A stretch of DNA of 63,975 nucleotides, the filler included, from Octopus bimaculoides (lineage: Eukaryota), in assembly GCF_001194135.2 (NCBI RefSeq). It is 8 parts of 8 records of this genome, joined end to end, with 100 filler letters (N's around TTAATTAATTAA, not from the genome) between each part and the next. Parts side by side here need not be neighbours in the genome. Positions count along the whole stretch, not along the records: positions 60,116 to 62,495 come from NC_068999.1; positions 62,596 to 63,975 come from NC_069004.1; 6 more parts are not named here. One strand, written 5' to 3'. Below, piece by piece: positions 61,999-63,975 of this stretch. The position numbers were made by a program, and so were the translations under genes. Below the pieces are notes generated by a model. That model had not been told where the DNA came from and searched no databases. It worked only from the letters and a program-made list of their open reading frames with translations. Positions within the stretch are counted from its first letter, which is position 1, and every line of letters starts with the position of its first letter.

Positions 61999-62595
61999 CT
62001 CCCGCTGCTGTTGTTCATCTTCTTGTTGTTGCTCTAATTTAACCTCAGGTCAGTCATAATCCAGCTCACCTCTGATCACAAGGTTTTCCACCCGCATAAA
62101 CAGCCAACACATGACCACATTAATCAACGTGTGCACCTTTTCGAAAATATCAGAGGTTTGAGAGAGATTTCGCTACTATTTCCAGTAATTTGAGCGCTTA
62201 CATGAAGGCTTTTCCCTTGGTTTTTCACATTTTACTTTGGAGGGATGGTTCCTTGCTCAATTATTTGCTGTAATTTCGTAATAGTGAGAAGGCTGTAATC
62301 GTATTGATGAATGATATTGTGAAGGACTAGAGGAGTACGATAATTCGCCTTAGGTTGCTATTCCTCAACTGGGAATAGATAGATAGATAGATAGATAGAT
62401 ACATTTCTTTTATTAGCCACACAGGGCTCAACGAAGATGGGACAAATACAATGTAGAGCTTTTCTTTTTGGGAGGGGGAAGGAAGGAAAAAAAAANNNNN
62501 NNNNNNNNNNNNNNNNNNNNNNNNNNNNNNNNNNNNNNNTTAATTAATTAANNNNNNNNNNNNNNNNNNNNNNNNNNNNNNNNNNNNNNNNNNNN

Positions 62596-62637
<42 letters not shown>

Positions 62638-62984
62638 GTGTGTGTGTGTGTATACGTGTGTATATATGTATGTATGTGATATGCATGTATGTATGTATGT
62701 ATGTATGTATGTATGTACGTTTGTATGCATGTATGAATCCAGTAAGGACATTACATAACTCTACACTGACCAGCGACAGAGCCAGACGCAATTGTTACCG
62801 TCAATGACAGAGAGAGAGAGGGAGGAGATAGAGAAAGAGTATGAGGCAGTTTGACAGTCTGTTGAGTTGTATTGTGTCTGTGTGTTCGTACATCTGTTAT
62901 CTAATTGTGATGTGTGTGTGTGTCCGGATTGTGAACGCTTGTAAGTGCATACGGCTCTTTCTTTCTCGCCCTCTCATTCTCTCT

Positions 62985-63020
<36 letters not shown>

Positions 63021-63975
63021 NNNNNNNNNNATATATATATATATATATATATATATAGTAAATCAAAACAAAAACGAAGAGCAAACACAAGAAAAATGCA
63101 ACAACGGAAAAATGGAAGGAATAAAAAAAAACAGCGACAGAAACAGGGGCAGGAACAGACTGAGAGAGAGAGAGGGAGAAAGGGAGAGAGAGAGGGGACC
63201 AATAAGCCAGAGAGAGAGAACTGATGTAAAATAAGAAAAGATAAAAAAAAAAGAAAGGAGAGAAATCTATCATATTTATATATATTTAATATATAGGGAA
63301 CATGGCGACTATATTTGGTTAACTAATCTAACTTTCAGAAAGGGAAAACGAAATGAAACAAGTTACATGTAAGCTAATGGAATTTACACCTCACACAAAC
63401 ACACACACAGAAACACACACACACGCACACACACACAGAAACACACATATACACACACACACAGCACACTTCAGTATTTAGCAGTCATATCCACACTGGC
63501 AGGCTTATTCTAGCAGCCATCTATAATCAAGGATTTTTATATATTCAAGTGCCTCCTACAATATGCTTGCCATTTGCTGAATCAGCTTTTTCGAAAACCA
63601 TAGGCGAAGAATTCGATTGCCGGCCAATGTTTATATAAAATATTGCCGATAGTTCTGGATTGTTGATGCTGTGATATAATAATTCGTTCTTGAGTACCAG
63701 TAATATAACAATCGTTAAACGGATGCTTATTGCTCTCTTAATAAACACACACACATACACATATACTCACGCACACAAACACACACACACACACACATAC
63801 ACACATATAGATATATATATACATATATATATATATTGCAAGTTTTTGACCAGTATAGTTTAGTTCCTTTTCTGTAGAAACGTTTAAACTGGGTACGTTT
63901 TAATAAGAAATTTGCAATATGTGTGTGTGTGTGTGGATATGCATGTATGTGTATATATATATATATATATATATA

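Noticed and set aside
63545-63760. 71-aa minus ORF near the window end
   Set aside because: No motif or splice support recognised, so it is left unassigned.

Overview
Eukaryotic, AT- and microsatellite-rich draft-assembly DNA with many N-gaps. It is most likely an octopus (coleoid cephalopod) scaffold; this is inferred from the zinc-finger style and repeat content, not from a search. Two host genes are supportable, both on the minus strand. (1) The last eight coding exons of huntingtin (18628 to stop at 12320): all splice phases join into one open frame, and the final intron has minor-spliceosome (U12) signals. (2) A C2H2 zinc-finger gene (ATG 6054) whose finger array lies mostly in a gap. 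The rest is mobile and repetitive DNA: several tRNA-derived SINE families, R4/Dong-like, RTE and CR1-like LINE remnants, DD37D/mariner, hAT, piggyBac-like and Kolobok-like DNA elements, a solo-LTR-like element, hairpin MITEs and Penelope-type hammerhead ribozyme motifs. Almost all ORF-track entries are microsatellite or gap artefacts. I found no clearly new multi-gene system. The best lead is a composite retroelement (tRNA head + (TAA)n + hammerhead tail) inserted as one unit with an 11-bp target-site duplication. Family names come from recalled motifs and need confirmation by search.
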